Positions 41,284-52,005 of a DNA stretch of 57,429 bases are shown piece after piece. Each line of letters starts with the position of its first letter. Positions within the stretch are counted from its first letter, which is position 1. Made by a program: the position numbers and the translations under genes. The stretch covers positions 1 to 57,429 of the forward strand of contig CAZSSQ010000001.1 in NCBI GenBank assembly GCA_964609465.1, in the 5' to 3' direction. The stretch is from an uncultured Dehalococcoidia bacterium. GTDB taxonomy: Bacteria > Chloroflexota > Dehalococcoidia > DSTF01 > JALHUB01. The notes beneath the pieces are model-generated. The model worked only from the letters and a program-made list of their open reading frames with translations. It made no database searches and was not told the origin of the DNA.

Positions 41284-43143
41284 TTACGCTTTCTCGGTGA
41301 CCTTGTACTCCAGCCGCTTTCCCAGGGCGAGGCGGATCTGCGCGTCCAGGGCCGGCAGGGCCCCGAAGAGGAACGTGATGGCAGCCATGAAGAACCACTG
41401 GGCGTACTGGATCGGGAAGAGCCACGCTGGGAAGGTGGGCGGACGGCGGGGCCGCATGATGACGCCATCCATGACTACCATCGCGATCAGGGGCACGGAG
41501 CAAGTAAAGAGAATCTTGGTGGAGGCGAACACGAACCAGGCCGGCATGGTTTTGACCCCGAAGAAGTAGAAGACCAGCCACGGCGCCAATCGACCGGTGG
41601 TGATGAGGAACCACTGACTGGACCAGAGGACGTGGTTCTCGAAGAGGCTCCAGGTGCGGCGGAGGCGGCGCAGGAAGGGGATCTCAGGATGAGCGAAGAA
41701 GTGCCTTATGGCGTATGGGATGTCTGAGGCGCCCCAGGCGTGGCGGCGCGCCTGCTGGTAGTGAGCGTAGAACGTCTTCAGGTAGCTTTCGCTGCGCACG
41801 CCGTCGTTGCCCACCGGCAGGAAGATGGGCTCTACGTCCACCTCGCCGCCGAGGTTGAAGAAGCACTTGAGGAACATGTGCCAGTCCTCAGGCACCACAT
41901 CCACGTCCCAGTAGCCGACCTCGCGGGCCATTCGGAAGCTGAGACTGTAGGTGGATTGGGGGAAGAGCACCCGGTGCTTGCGCGCCAGCCGGTTGAGGTG
42001 GTTCAATCCGCCCAGGCCGTTGGGGATGCGCAGGGGGGCGGGGACATCCCATATGTTGTTGTACAGGAGGACCGGCCCCTGCCAGAAGCGGCGGTAGCGC
42101 TGCGGGTGGGTGGCGAACTTGTAGGCCAGGCAACTGAAGTAGTGCGGATGGAAGAGGGTATCGGCGTCGCAACTGGTGATGGTCAGGCGGTCGATATCGT
42201 GGCCCATCTCCTCCACGAGGCGGCGCTCGATGTGGCGAGCGGCCCAGGACTCGTTGGAGGACTTGCCGCGCACCTCGCCCGGGATGTTGCCCGGGTGGAA
42301 GGTGGCGAACATGCCGGCAAAGCTGTCGCCGAACTCCTTGTGGAGCCGAAGCGCCTTCCTCCGGCAGCCCGGCTCCGCTTCCTCCATCGCCAGGACAACA
42401 AAGAGCTGTTCCCGGGCCACGTCTGACTCCGCCAGCTTGGAGAGGGTGGCGGCCAGTTTGGCGACGCTCTCTTTGTAAGTGGGGATGACCACTACGTGAC
42501 GGATGTCTTCCCAGCGAAGGTAGGTCTTGCCCCGGGCCCGCGCATCCTCATAACGGGCCCGCCAGTCTGTCCTCGCTTCGCGGCGGAGGAGCCGGTAGCC
42601 CTTGATGCAGTGAAAGGCTGTGTTATAGGAGCGCCACACCCAGTAGCAGTCGAATCCCAGTAGCAACACGGTGAGCGGCAAGGGCAGCCACAGCGCTCCC
42701 CAGCCCAGCGAGCTGATAAGGAGAAGGGCAGCGACCAGGGGAAGGGCCTGCAGGGCCCGCTGTAGCCAGCGGTCCAGGCGCGAGGTCGGCACGTAGGTCG
42801 ACAGCGACTCTGGCAGGGGATGGGGGAGGGTGGCTGGCGGCGCGCCTGGGCTGTACGGCGCCGGTGGATGTAGGATCGCCTCTTCCGCCGTGAGTGCCGG
42901 CACCCTGGTAGGGACGATGAACCCGGGGGCAGATGATCCATTCCGACGGGTGACAGGTCTGGGCGCCTCCAGGACCTCGACGCCCGCTCGGGAGCCATTG
43001 CCCGAGTGGGGAGCCCGCCCGGAAGGCTGGGGTTCCCACGGTGCCAGATAGGTCGCAGTAGTTGGGAGCGGTTTCAATGAGGCGTCAGGCTTGCGGGCCA
43101 AGAACGAGCCCGCGCCTCGCGCCCCGGGGCGGCCCACACGCAA
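41284..43143 (-). CDS. Membrane-bound glycosyltransferase family 2-like protein
   Basis: Between N- and C-terminal TM helices lies a GT-A-like core: VVVIPTYKESVAKLAATLSKL...VLAMEEAE...ITSCDADT. The true start within the Pro/Arg-rich N-terminus is uncertain. Confidence 0.6.
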   Translation of the reverse strand: MRVGRPGARGAGSFLARKPDASLKPLPTTATYLAPWEPQPSGRAPHSGNGSRAGVEVLEAPRPVTRRNGSSAPGFIVPTRVPALTAEEAILHPPAPYSPGAPPATLPHPLPESLSTYVPTSRLDRWLQRALQALPLVAALLLISSLGWGALWLPLPLTVLLLGFDCYWVWRSYNTAFHCIKGYRLLRREARTDWRARYEDARARGKTYLRWEDIRHVVVIPTYKESVAKLAATLSKLAESDVAREQLFVVLAMEEAEPGCRRKALRLHKEFGDSFAGMFATFHPGNIPGEVRGKSSNESWAARHIERRLVEEMGHDIDRLTITSCDADTLFHPHYFSCLAYKFATHPQRYRRFWQGPVLLYNNIWDVPAPLRIPNGLGGLNHLNRLARKHRVLFPQSTYSLSFRMAREVGYWDVDVVPEDWHMFLKCFFNLGGEVDVEPIFLPVGNDGVRSESYLKTFYAHYQQARRHAWGASDIPYAIRHFFAHPEIPFLRRLRRTWSLFENHVLWSSQWFLITTGRLAPWLVFYFFGVKTMPAWFVFASTKILFTCSVPLIAMVVMDGVIMRPRRPPTFPAWLFPIQYAQWFFMAAITFLFGALPALDAQIRLALGKRLEYKVTEKA

Positions 43144-43460
43144 AAAGGTCGCTCCTTAGTCGGACTCGACCTTTCCTTAGCCTGCGGGGTTAGCTGACGG
43201 GTTAGGGCGAAAGGCTACCCTTCCCGGTTGCCCGGGATTAACCCCTTCAGTGCTGGGTCCCCCGCCTCCCGCGCCTCCTTGCGGGAGCTCGGCAGTGGGG
43301 CTCAACGATGTGCCTGGATCATGCTAACGCACTACGGCGCGCTAATCAAGGGCATGATTGAGGACCTGTCAGCGAAGTCGGCCGGTGGGAATGCCCGCCG
43401 CTGCCGGTCCGTCCCGGCGGCTCGCCTGGCCGCCTCAAGCCGCAACACCTCACGCCCCAG

Positions 43461-44801
43461 CTAGTACTCCACACGGTTGGCAGCGATGACGTCCCGGTAC
43501 CAGCGGCCGCTCTTCTTGATGATGCGACGCTGGGTGGGATAGTCCACGTACACGAGCCCGAAGCGCTGGCTGTAGCCAAAGGTCCACTCGAAGTTGTCCA
43601 TGAGGGTCCAGGCGTAGTAGCCGCGCACGTCGGCGCCGTCCTGAATGGCCCGTCCCACCTGGGCGATGTAGTTCCGGTAGTATCTGACCCGCCGGTCGTC
43701 ATTCACGACGCCCTTCTCATCGGGGCCGTCGCTGTAGGAGCAGCCGTTCTCCGTGACGTAGATGGGCCGTCGGTAGTCGTTCCAGATTCGCATGATGGCT
43801 TGGTGTATGGCCTCCGGGTATGCCTCCCAGCCCATCTCTGTCCGTTCCGCGTCAGGCGGGTGAATTATGCGGGCGCCCAGGTTAACGTCTTCCGGGTCGT
43901 GGGCGACCACGTTGCGGGTGTAAAGGTTAATGCCTATGAAGTCCAGGGGCGCCTTGACGATCTCCATGTCGCCGGGCTGCACGCCCAGCCGCTCCAAGGG
44001 GCTGCCCGCGACGTAGGCATCGGGGTAACGGCCGTTCTGGGCGGTCTCCAGGAACCAGACGTTGCCGAAGCCGTGCAGGCGCTCGGCGGCGGCGCGATCC
44101 TCCTCGCCGTCGGTGGCGGGGTAGATGCCACTCATGTTGAAGGCGCTGCCCACGGCCTCCACCTTGCCCGTAGCACGCACGGCGCGAACGGCCAGCCCCT
44201 GGGCCAGGTTGGCGATGTGGGTGGTCCGCACCGCTATCGAGGGCTCACGGATGCCGGGCGGGTGGATGCCCCACATGTGGCCCAGCACGGTGAAGACCCA
44301 GGGCTCGTTGAAGATGAGCCAGGTCTTGACGCGATCGCCCAGATGCTCCACGACGGCGGCGCAGTAGTCGGCGAAGTGCTGGGCGGTGTCGCGGTTCTCC
44401 CAGCCTCCCTCGTCCTGCAGGGTCTGGGGCAGGTCCCAGTGGTACAGCGTCGGCAGAGGGGCGATGCCGGCCGCCAGCAGCTCGTCGACCAGCCGGCTGT
44501 AGAAGTCGAGGCCCTTCTGGTTCCCCTGTCCTTTGCCCTGGGGGAAGATGCGGGGCCAGGAGATGCTGAAGCGGTAGCTCTTCAGGCCCAGCTCCTTCAT
44601 GAGGGCCACGTCCTCCCGATAGCGATGGTAGTGGTCGCAGGCCACGTCGCCGGTGTCGCCGTCCTTGATGCGGCCCGGCGTGTGACAGAAGCGGTCCCAG
44701 ATAGACTCGCCCTTCCCGTCCTCGTTCCAGGCGCCCTCGATCTGGTACGAGGAGGTGGCGCAGCCCCAGACGAACCCCTTGGGAAACTCCGCGATCGGCA
44801 T
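43461..44801 (-). CDS. Beta-glucosidase, glycoside hydrolase family 1
   Basis: The preferred start is the ATG at 44801 ([24 protein letters not shown]), with GGGAGGAAAG upstream. The acid/base motif is LIFNEPW and the nucleophile motif is YVTENG. Confidence 0.9.
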   Translation of the reverse strand: MPIAEFPKGFVWGCATSSYQIEGAWNEDGKGESIWDRFCHTPGRIKDGDTGDVACDHYHRYREDVALMKELGLKSYRFSISWPRIFPQGKGQGNQKGLDFYSRLVDELLAAGIAPLPTLYHWDLPQTLQDEGGWENRDTAQHFADYCAAVVEHLGDRVKTWLIFNEPWVFTVLGHMWGIHPPGIREPSIAVRTTHIANLAQGLAVRAVRATGKVEAVGSAFNMSGIYPATDGEEDRAAAERLHGFGNVWFLETAQNGRYPDAYVAGSPLERLGVQPGDMEIVKAPLDFIGINLYTRNVVAHDPEDVNLGARIIHPPDAERTEMGWEAYPEAIHQAIMRIWNDYRRPIYVTENGCSYSDGPDEKGVVNDDRRVRYYRNYIAQVGRAIQDGADVRGYYAWTLMDNFEWTFGYSQRFGLVYVDYPTQRRIIKKSGRWYRDVIAANRVEY

Positions 44802-45075
44802 TCTCTTTCCTCCCTGCCTTCCCCGAGGCGGTGATCGGCCGAGCCCTATGGTACCGCCGTCGGCGCTTAGGCAGAACTGAGCGCCCCAGGCTGGTCGGGA
44901 GACCAGCCCGCCCCCGGCAAAGAGCCGCGTCCGTTCAATAGCGCCCGTGCTCGCGCGCCGCCCTCGCCAGGGCGAAGGGGGTCCATTTGGCTGTTGCGCC
45001 ATCGGCCTTGATTGACTAGAGTCTGGTGGGTGTCTATGACCGCGAAGCATAAACGCAAGAAGGAGGTCTCATACC

Positions 45076-45996
45076 GTGGCAGATAGACTGAAGGGCCGCG
45101 TAGCCATCGTTACCGGGGCGGGACGAGGCATCGGACGCGGCGAAGCGCTGGCCCTCGCCTCCGAGGGTGCCATCGTCATCATCAACGACGTCGGCGGCGG
45201 GGTCGACGGATCGGGGGCGATGAGTGGCCCTGCTGACGACGTGGCGAACGAGATCAAGAAGATGGGCGGCCAGGCCATGGCGAACTACGACAGTATCGTC
45301 GAGTACGCCACCGGCGAGAAGCTCGTCAAGCAGGCTCTGGACAACTTCGGCAAGCTGGACATCGTCGTCAACAACGCCGGCATCCTCCGCGACCGCATGA
45401 TCTTCAACATGGCCGAAGAGGAGTTCGACGCTGTCCTCGCCGTCCACGTCAAGGGGCACTTCAACCTGATGAGGCACGCCTGCACGTACTTCCGGCAGGC
45501 CCGCCAGCCGGGAGTCATCGTCAACACCTCCTCCACGTCGGGGCTGGGGAACGTCGGCCAGACCAACTACGCCGCGGCGAAAGAGGGCATCGTTGGCATG
45601 ACGCGCACGGTGGCGCGGGAGATGGGCCGCTTCGGCGTGCGCGTCAACGCCATCCGTCCCATGGCCGCCACCCGCCTCACCCTGAGCGACGACATGCGCC
45701 AGCGGGCTGCGCGGGCCGGCGAGGCGGGTTTGGCGATGCTTGCCGAGCTGGAGAAGCAGACGCCGGAGGAGATCGGCCCCTTCGTGGCCTGGCTGTGCAG
45801 CGATGAGGCGGCGAACATCAACGGCCGCACGTTCCTGGTCCGCGCCGGCTACATCGGGCTGTACTCCGAGCCGGAGATCGTAGCCGCTGTGGAGACGGAC
45901 AAGCCCTGGACGGTGGACCTGGTCTCGCAGCTCGTGCGCAAGCCGGTGACGGCGAACCTGGTGAACGAGTGGCCGCTCCAGCCGCCGAAGGAGTAA
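45076..45996 (+). CDS. Short-chain dehydrogenase/reductase (hydroxyacyl-CoA dehydrogenase-like)
   Basis: It has a GTG start, the TGAGRGIGR cofactor motif, NNAG, and the YAAAK catalytic Tyr-Lys. Confidence 0.85.
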   Translation: MADRLKGRVAIVTGAGRGIGRGEALALASEGAIVIINDVGGGVDGSGAMSGPADDVANEIKKMGGQAMANYDSIVEYATGEKLVKQALDNFGKLDIVVNNAGILRDRMIFNMAEEEFDAVLAVHVKGHFNLMRHACTYFRQARQPGVIVNTSSTSGLGNVGQTNYAAAKEGIVGMTRTVAREMGRFGVRVNAIRPMAATRLTLSDDMRQRAARAGEAGLAMLAELEKQTPEEIGPFVAWLCSDEAANINGRTFLVRAGYIGLYSEPEIVAAVETDKPWTVDLVSQLVRKPVTANLVNEWPLQPPKE

Positions 45997-46326
45997 GCTG
46001 GTTTCCTGGCGATCGATTGCCAAGTCTGGAGGGGGCGCGCAGCGCCCCCTCCGGCTCTGTGGGCTGGCCTGGCGGCTGTCTTCCCAGCCGTGACGTTAAG
46101 TCGGGCTTGATCGGGGCCGCCTTGCCGTCCAGGACGAGGTCGGCGGACGCCGCAGTGGCTGCCGTCCCCACACCTGACGCCCGTCAATCACTGACCCTGG
46201 TGCCCAACGCGTGAGTGGTCTATCCTGCCGCCGGAGGGAGACAACCGACGCCGGTGCTCTGGGTTGAGCGTCGAAGGGCCCTGCCCGATGGGACCGGGCA
46301 GCCGCCAACCTGTCACAGTAGGGGGT

Positions 46327-46752
46327 ATGGAGATGCGTGCTGACGTTGTGGGGCTGGCCGCCGCCGCCATTGTCGCCTGGGGGACATGGGGAGTCTTCAG
46401 CAAGCTAGCCATCGACCGGATCGACCAGCAGGTGATGGTGTGGGGCAGTCTCATCGTTGTCCCCGCGATCATCCTCATATATCTGGGCGCCGCCGGCCAC
46501 CTTGTTCCGCTAGAGATGCATGCCGCCGGCATAACCTACGCTGCGCTCGGCGGCGTTGGTGCGGCTCTAGGCACCGTCTGCTTCTATCTGCTGCTGGCGC
46601 GAGAGCGCGCCTCGCTGGCTGTGCCCATGACCTCCCTGTACCCGGCGCTCACGGTCATTCTCTCGGTCCTGTTCCTCAAGGAGCAGTTGAACGGCGTCCA
46701 CATTCTGGGCATCTTCTTCGCCCTGGCGGCGGTGGCTCTTCTCAGCCGGTGA
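46327..46752 (+). CDS. Small EamA/DMT-superfamily membrane protein
   Basis: About 140 aa with 4-5 hydrophobic helices (...AIVAWGTWGVFSKLAIDRI...LYPALTVILSVLFLKEQL...). I prefer the ATG at 46327 to the track start at 46264. Confidence 0.6.
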   Translation: MEMRADVVGLAAAAIVAWGTWGVFSKLAIDRIDQQVMVWGSLIVVPAIILIYLGAAGHLVPLEMHAAGITYAALGGVGAALGTVCFYLLLARERASLAVPMTSLYPALTVILSVLFLKEQLNGVHILGIFFALAAVALLSR

Positions 46753-46778
46753 AGGCCGCAAGTAGGAGCGTGTTGGCC

Positions 46779-47240
46779 ATGAACCCTGACGACGTGAAGC
46801 AACAGCTCAAATTGCCCGACGTGAGCCAGATCGGCGTGGTGGTGGAGGACCTGGACCGCGCGATAGCCTTCTACCAGTCCACCTTTGGACTGGGTCCGTT
46901 CCGGATCCAGGAGGCGGAGGCGCCCAATGTCTGGGACCGCGGCAAGGAGAAACGTATCAAGGCCCGGCTGGGCTTCACCACCCTGGGCCAGGTCGAGATC
47001 GAGTTCATCAACATTATCGAGGGCGATAGCATGCACCTCGAGTTCCTGCGCGAACACGGGGAGGGCCTGCACCACTTGGGCTTCAAGGTGAAGGATTTCC
47101 AGGCCAAGCTGGAGCAGGCGAAGGCCATGGGGTTCGAGGTGCTCCAGACGGGCCCGCTCGGACGGTTCTATGCCTACCTGGATACCCGTCGCTGCGGCGG
47201 CATCATCGTCGAACTCATCGAGGACATCGAGATGGGGTAG
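46779..47240 (+). CDS. VOC-family (glyoxalase/bleomycin-resistance/epimerase-like) protein
   Basis: The start is the ATG at 46779 (MNPDDV...), with AGGAG upstream. The motifs VSQIGVVVEDLDRAIAFY...GLHHLGFKV...IVELIE are typical VOC beta-alpha-beta modules. The upstream part of the track ORF (46386-) is an out-of-frame overlap with the EamA gene. Confidence 0.8.
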   Translation: MNPDDVKQQLKLPDVSQIGVVVEDLDRAIAFYQSTFGLGPFRIQEAEAPNVWDRGKEKRIKARLGFTTLGQVEIEFINIIEGDSMHLEFLREHGEGLHHLGFKVKDFQAKLEQAKAMGFEVLQTGPLGRFYAYLDTRRCGGIIVELIEDIEMG

Positions 47241-47393
47241 CGGCGGTTCAAGGGGACGTAGCCGGAGCGGCGAAGTCCGCTGTTCGCGAATCTACTCGTG
47301 GTGTGGACCTGTTCGACAGCGGGCGACTGTGAACAGCGGCCGATGCCGCCAGGGCCATGCTATAATCGCCCTTGCCCGACTGGAGCCATCTGA

Positions 47394-47810
47394 ATGCCGC
47401 TATCGGAAGCCCAGCGAGAGTCCTTTCTCAGGGAAGCGCGGGTGGCCGCTCTGGGCACTGTAGGCGCTGATGGAACCCCGCATGTCGTGCCGGTATGGTA
47501 CGAGTACGCCGGCGGCAGGTTCTACCTCATCAGCGGCAGCGGCGCAGCCAAGGCAAGACACATCCGGCAGGGCAGCCGCGCGAGCCTGTGCATTGATGAC
47601 CGCACGGCGCCCTACAAGGCGGTGGTGGTCTGGGGGAAGGCGTCCATCAGCGAAGAGGGCGTGCGGGAGATGGCCCATCGGATCGCTCAACGGTACCTGG
47701 GGCCGGAGGAGGGCGCCAAGGAGGCGGAGACCTGGCTGGCGGCGCCCTGCGTCGTCATCGAGGTGACTCCGGAAAGGCTGATCTCCTGGGACTACGCGCA
47801 GGAGGGGTGA
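47394..47810 (+). CDS. PPOX-class (pyridoxamine 5'-phosphate oxidase-like) probable F420-dependent enzyme
   Basis: FLREARVAALGTVGADGTPHVVPVWYEY...LCIDD is the typical split-barrel flavin/deazaflavin family pattern. Confidence 0.7.
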   Translation: MPLSEAQRESFLREARVAALGTVGADGTPHVVPVWYEYAGGRFYLISGSGAAKARHIRQGSRASLCIDDRTAPYKAVVVWGKASISEEGVREMAHRIAQRYLGPEEGAKEAETWLAAPCVVIEVTPERLISWDYAQEG

Positions 47811-47814
47811 GAAG

Positions 47815-48996
47815 ATGAGCACCCACGTCGACTATCCAGCCAGACTGAGAAAGATTCAGGACAGGATGGGCGAGCAAGGTATCGACGCCCTGATCGCCAC
47901 CAGGTTGAGTACCGTGGGCTACGTATTCGGCACCTTCGTCCCCTGGAGGGGGATTGCGGTCATCCCCAGGGAAGGGGAGCCGGAGCTCTTCGTGCTGGCT
48001 CTCGACGCGGAGCGCGTCAAGGACGAGAGTTTCTACAAAGGCGTGCAGCCGGTGGGCCCCTTGCCCGGGATGCTGATGTGGGAACGCATCACGTCATCGA
48101 TTCAGGCCAAGGGGCTTGAGAAGGGGGCCATTGGCGTCGAGCTGGGCCACTCGCCGATCAGGATCGAGACGTTCCTCCTGGCGAGCGAGTACGAGCTCCT
48201 GCGGAGCGGCTTCCCCCATGCCTCCCTCAAGAACGCGACCGACTTGCTGAACGAGCTCTTCCTGCTCAAGGACGAGGCCGAGATCGCGCTCTTCCGGCGG
48301 GCGGGCGAGATCTGCGACCTGGGGATGGCGGCGGTGCTGGCGGAGATAGAGGTCGGCATGACGGAGACGGAGGTCGCCGGCATCGCCGAATACGCGATGC
48401 GGCAGGCCGGCAGCGAGCTGAACTGGAGCTTCACGGGCGGGCAGGAGATAGCTTCTGGCTACCGCACGGCCTATGTTTGGGGCGGCTGCACCCCGCCGAC
48501 GCGGAAACGGATCCAGCCGGGGGACAACGTGGTCATCGACCTCCACTGCATGTATGACCTCTATCTGGGCGACCTGTCGCGTAACGCTATCATGGGGGAG
48601 CCGACCGCCGAGCAGAAGAAGCTGTCGTCGGCCTTTGTCGCCACCTGCAACCACCTGCTGGACAGCCTGAAGGCGGGGGTGACGCTCGGCGAGGTGGCGC
48701 AGAAGATGGACACCTTCCTGGACGAGATCGGCTACCGCCAGTATGCCCTCCCGGGCTATGGCCACGGCATCGGCATCCTGGGGAACGAATGGTACCCGGC
48801 CATCGCCAACTCGACTGCCCCCTACGAGTCGGGGGCTGACCTGCTGCTCCAGCCGAACATGGTGCAGGTAGCGGCGATAGTGCTCAACAAGCCGGGCGTG
48901 GGCGGGTTCAGGATGGAGACGCCCATCCTCATCACCGAGGATGGCAGCGAGCCGCTCAGCAAGACGCCGGTGGAGCCGGCGATCATTCGGGCGTAG
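47815..48996 (+). CDS. M24-family metallopeptidase (Xaa-Pro peptidase/creatinase-like)
   Basis: It has an N-terminal creatinase-like domain and a pita-bread C-terminal domain with metal ligands in VVIDLHCMYDLYLGDLSRN, GHGIG and MVQVAAIV. Confidence 0.85.
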   Translation: MSTHVDYPARLRKIQDRMGEQGIDALIATRLSTVGYVFGTFVPWRGIAVIPREGEPELFVLALDAERVKDESFYKGVQPVGPLPGMLMWERITSSIQAKGLEKGAIGVELGHSPIRIETFLLASEYELLRSGFPHASLKNATDLLNELFLLKDEAEIALFRRAGEICDLGMAAVLAEIEVGMTETEVAGIAEYAMRQAGSELNWSFTGGQEIASGYRTAYVWGGCTPPTRKRIQPGDNVVIDLHCMYDLYLGDLSRNAIMGEPTAEQKKLSSAFVATCNHLLDSLKAGVTLGEVAQKMDTFLDEIGYRQYALPGYGHGIGILGNEWYPAIANSTAPYESGADLLLQPNMVQVAAIVLNKPGVGGFRMETPILITEDGSEPLSKTPVEPAIIRA

Positions 48997-49099
48997 CGGC
49001 GGACGGTCGGGCGTACCCGCGCCTATCTCAACCTGCTGAGGCCCTCGATGCTGTGAGGAGCGCGGGGCGGATCATCACGGCGGGAACGCCAGGGGGTGG

Positions 49100-50425
49100 G
49101 TGACAGTGCTACCACAATTCCGACGCGGACTGCTTCTACCAGCCGTGTTCCTCGCCGGTCTCCTCCTGCTGAGCTGCGGCGAGGAGGAGAAGGCCGCTGA
49201 GACGCCCGCGGCGACCCGGCCCGCGGGCGCTGAGACACCGAGCGCCGAGAAGGTGCCGGGCGTCACCGACACCGAGATCCTGCTCGGCACACATTTCGCT
49301 ATGAGCCAGTCGCCGGCCGCGGCCTACGCGCCCGTCGCCGATGGGATACGGGCCTACTTCGACTACATCAACTCCCAGGGGGGTGTCCACGGCCGCAAGA
49401 TCAAATTCCTGGTGGGCGATGATCACTTCAACCCGGCTGACGCGGTGGAGGTGGTGCGGAAGCTGGTGGAGCAGGATGGCATCTTCGCCCTGGTGTCCGG
49501 CCTCGGCGATGCGCCCCACGCCGCGGTCTGGAAGTACCTGGAGGAGCGGGGCGTCCCTGACATGTGGGTGTCCGGCGGCCTGGTCAAGTGGACGGACCCG
49601 GTGGTGAAGAGCCGTTTCCAGGGCAACCCCGACTACGATACCGAGGGGAGAATGCTCGGCAAGTACATCGCTGAGAACTACAACGGGAAGAAGCTGGGGC
49701 TGCTGCTGGAGAACGATGAGTTCGGGCAGGACGGCAAGGCGGGGATCCTCAAGGGCCTGGAGGGCAGCGATGTCCAGATCGTGTCCGAGGAGACGTACGA
49801 GCCCACCGCGTGGGACGTGACCGCTCAGGCGCAGCGGTTGAAGGCGGCCAACCCCGACGTTATCTTCGTCCAGGCCATCCCGCCGCCGGCGGCCAGTCTG
49901 GTCAAGGCAGCCCGGGAGACCCTGAACTGGGACGTGCCCATCGTGGTCACCGGCGTCGACGTGACCGACATATTCATCTCCCTGGCGGGCGCTGAGAACG
50001 CGGAGGGCGTGGTTAGCGTGGTCTTCGCCACGCAGGTCTACCACACGGAGGACCCCGGGGTGCAGAAGCACATCCAGATCATGGAGCAGTTCGGCCAGGG
50101 CGTGCCGGCGAGCAACCTCACCCTCTACGGCCAGTTGCTCGCCGAGCTGATGGTCCAGGCTCTCGATAACGCGGGCCAGAACCTGACGCGCGAGAGCCTG
50201 GAGGACGGTGCCGAGGCCATTCGCGACTGGTGTTGCTCCGTGTGCATGGTGCCGGTGAACCTCAGCCCCACCGACCATCGCCCCTTCGAGATCGAGGTCT
50301 ACGACAGGGTCGAGAACGGCAAGTGGGTGGAGTTCGGCGAGCCGGTCAATTTCGAGTCCACGCCGGGCGATGTCATCGGCTGCAAGGCCGGGGGAGAGCC
50401 AGTCTATGCCGGCGAAGGAGAGTGA
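49100..50425 (+). CDS. ABC transporter substrate-binding lipoprotein, LivJ/branched-chain amino acid type (copy 1)
   Basis: It has a signal peptide with the lipobox LLLLSCG, then GVTDTEILLGTHFAMSQSPAAAY...YFDYINSQGGVHGRKIKFLVGDD, typical of the Peripla_BP_6 family. Confidence 0.85.
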   Translation: MTVLPQFRRGLLLPAVFLAGLLLLSCGEEEKAAETPAATRPAGAETPSAEKVPGVTDTEILLGTHFAMSQSPAAAYAPVADGIRAYFDYINSQGGVHGRKIKFLVGDDHFNPADAVEVVRKLVEQDGIFALVSGLGDAPHAAVWKYLEERGVPDMWVSGGLVKWTDPVVKSRFQGNPDYDTEGRMLGKYIAENYNGKKLGLLLENDEFGQDGKAGILKGLEGSDVQIVSEETYEPTAWDVTAQAQRLKAANPDVIFVQAIPPPAASLVKAARETLNWDVPIVVTGVDVTDIFISLAGAENAEGVVSVVFATQVYHTEDPGVQKHIQIMEQFGQGVPASNLTLYGQLLAELMVQALDNAGQNLTRESLEDGAEAIRDWCCSVCMVPVNLSPTDHRPFEIEVYDRVENGKWVEFGEPVNFESTPGDVIGCKAGGEPVYAGEGE

Positions 50426-50591
50426 TGCCGGTCGAGGCAAGCTGGGCCAGCCGTTCTATCTTCCGTGCTAGAGTCCGCCATCTTGGCCTGGCTTGGGTTT
50501 GGGAGTCAAGCCTCTGGCTCTTGAAGCGCAATGGGCGGACATGCAGGGCGGAGCGAGGTAGTAGCTGCGCAAGCGACGCAGGCAAGGGGGT

Positions 50592-51908
50592 ATGACAATG
50601 CTGTCAGGATTCCGACGCGCATTCCTTCTCGTAGCCATACTTCTCGTGGGTCTCCTCTTGTTGAGCTGCGGTGGGGAGGAGGGGGAGGAAGCCGGTAAGA
50701 CGCCTGGGGCGACGCCAGGCACGACGCCGGCCGCGGAGGAGGTGCCCGGCGTCACGGACACCGAGATCATACTGGGGGCCCATTTCCCCTTGAGCCAGAC
50801 GCCGGCAGCGGCCTACGCGCCCATCGCCGACGGGCTGCGGGCCTACTTCGACTACATCAACTCCCAGGGGGGCGTCTACGGCCGCAAGATCAAGCTCCTG
50901 GTGGGCGATGACCACTTCAACCCCGCGGACGCAGTCGAGGCGGTGCGCAAGCTGGTGGAGCAGGACGGCATCTTCGCTATGGTGTCTGGCCTGGGCGACG
51001 CGACCCATGCCGCGGTCTGGAAGTACCTGGAGGAAAACGGCGTCCCTGACATGTTTGTATCCGGCGGCCTCGACAAGTGGACGGACCCGCTGGTGAGGAC
51101 CCGTTTCCAGGGCAACACGAACTACGGTACCGAGGGCATGATGCTCGGCAAGTACCTTGTTGAGAACTACGATGGGAAGAAGCTGGCCTTGCTGCTGGAG
51201 AACGATGAGTTCGGAGAGAACGGCAAGGAAGCGATCCTCGAGGGCATAAAGGACAGCAACATCGAGGTGGTGGCGGAGGAGAGGTATGAGACCACCTCGT
51301 GGGACGTCACCGCCCAGGCGCAGCGGCTGAAGGCGGCCAACCCCGACGTTATCTTCGTCCAGGCCGTTCCGCCGCCGGCCGCCAGTCTGGTCAAGGTGGC
51401 CCGCGAGACCCTGAACTGGGATGTGCCCATCGTGGTCACGGGCGTCGTCCAAACTGACATATTCATCCAGTTGGCGGGCGCGGAGAACGCAGAGGGCGTG
51501 GTGAGCGTGGTCTTCGCCAGGCAGGTCTACCAGACGGATGACCCCGGGATCCAGCGGCACATCCAGATCATGAAGGACTTCGGCAACGGTGTGGAGGCGT
51601 CCAACTTCACCATGTATGGCGCCGCCATGGGCGAGCTCATGGTGAAGGCGCTGGAGAACGCGGGGCCTAACCTGACCCGGGACAGCCTGATAGACGGCGC
51701 CGAGGCCATCCGCGACTGGTGTTGCTCCATATGCATGGTGCCCGTGAACCTCAGCTCCACTGACCACCGCCCCTTTGAGACGGAGGTCTACAACAAGGTG
51801 GAGAACGGGAAGTGGGTGACGTTCGGCGAGCCGGTGAATTTCGAGTCCACACCGGGCAAGGCCATCGGCTGCAAGAACGGGGGCGAGCCCGTCTACGCCG
51901 GGGAGTGA
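50592..51908 (+). CDS. ABC transporter substrate-binding lipoprotein, LivJ type (copy 2, tandem paralog)
   Basis: It is highly similar to 49100-50425 along the full length, including the unusual IRDWCCS(V/I)CMVPVNLS segment. Confidence 0.85.
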   Translation: MTMLSGFRRAFLLVAILLVGLLLLSCGGEEGEEAGKTPGATPGTTPAAEEVPGVTDTEIILGAHFPLSQTPAAAYAPIADGLRAYFDYINSQGGVYGRKIKLLVGDDHFNPADAVEAVRKLVEQDGIFAMVSGLGDATHAAVWKYLEENGVPDMFVSGGLDKWTDPLVRTRFQGNTNYGTEGMMLGKYLVENYDGKKLALLLENDEFGENGKEAILEGIKDSNIEVVAEERYETTSWDVTAQAQRLKAANPDVIFVQAVPPPAASLVKVARETLNWDVPIVVTGVVQTDIFIQLAGAENAEGVVSVVFARQVYQTDDPGIQRHIQIMKDFGNGVEASNFTMYGAAMGELMVKALENAGPNLTRDSLIDGAEAIRDWCCSICMVPVNLSSTDHRPFETEVYNKVENGKWVTFGEPVNFESTPGKAIGCKNGGEPVYAGE

Positions 51909-52005
51909 TGCCGTTCGAGGGCGCCGGTCTAGCCTGAGTTCGAGCCATCGGGAGGGAGTGCATTCTGGAGCGCAGCGGCTGGCGATGCCAGCAGGAGGCA
52001 GAGAG

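Noticed and set aside
45034-46023. 329-aa minus-strand ORF
   Set aside because: It lies antisense to the SDR gene, which has TGAGRGIG, NNAG and YxxxK motifs.
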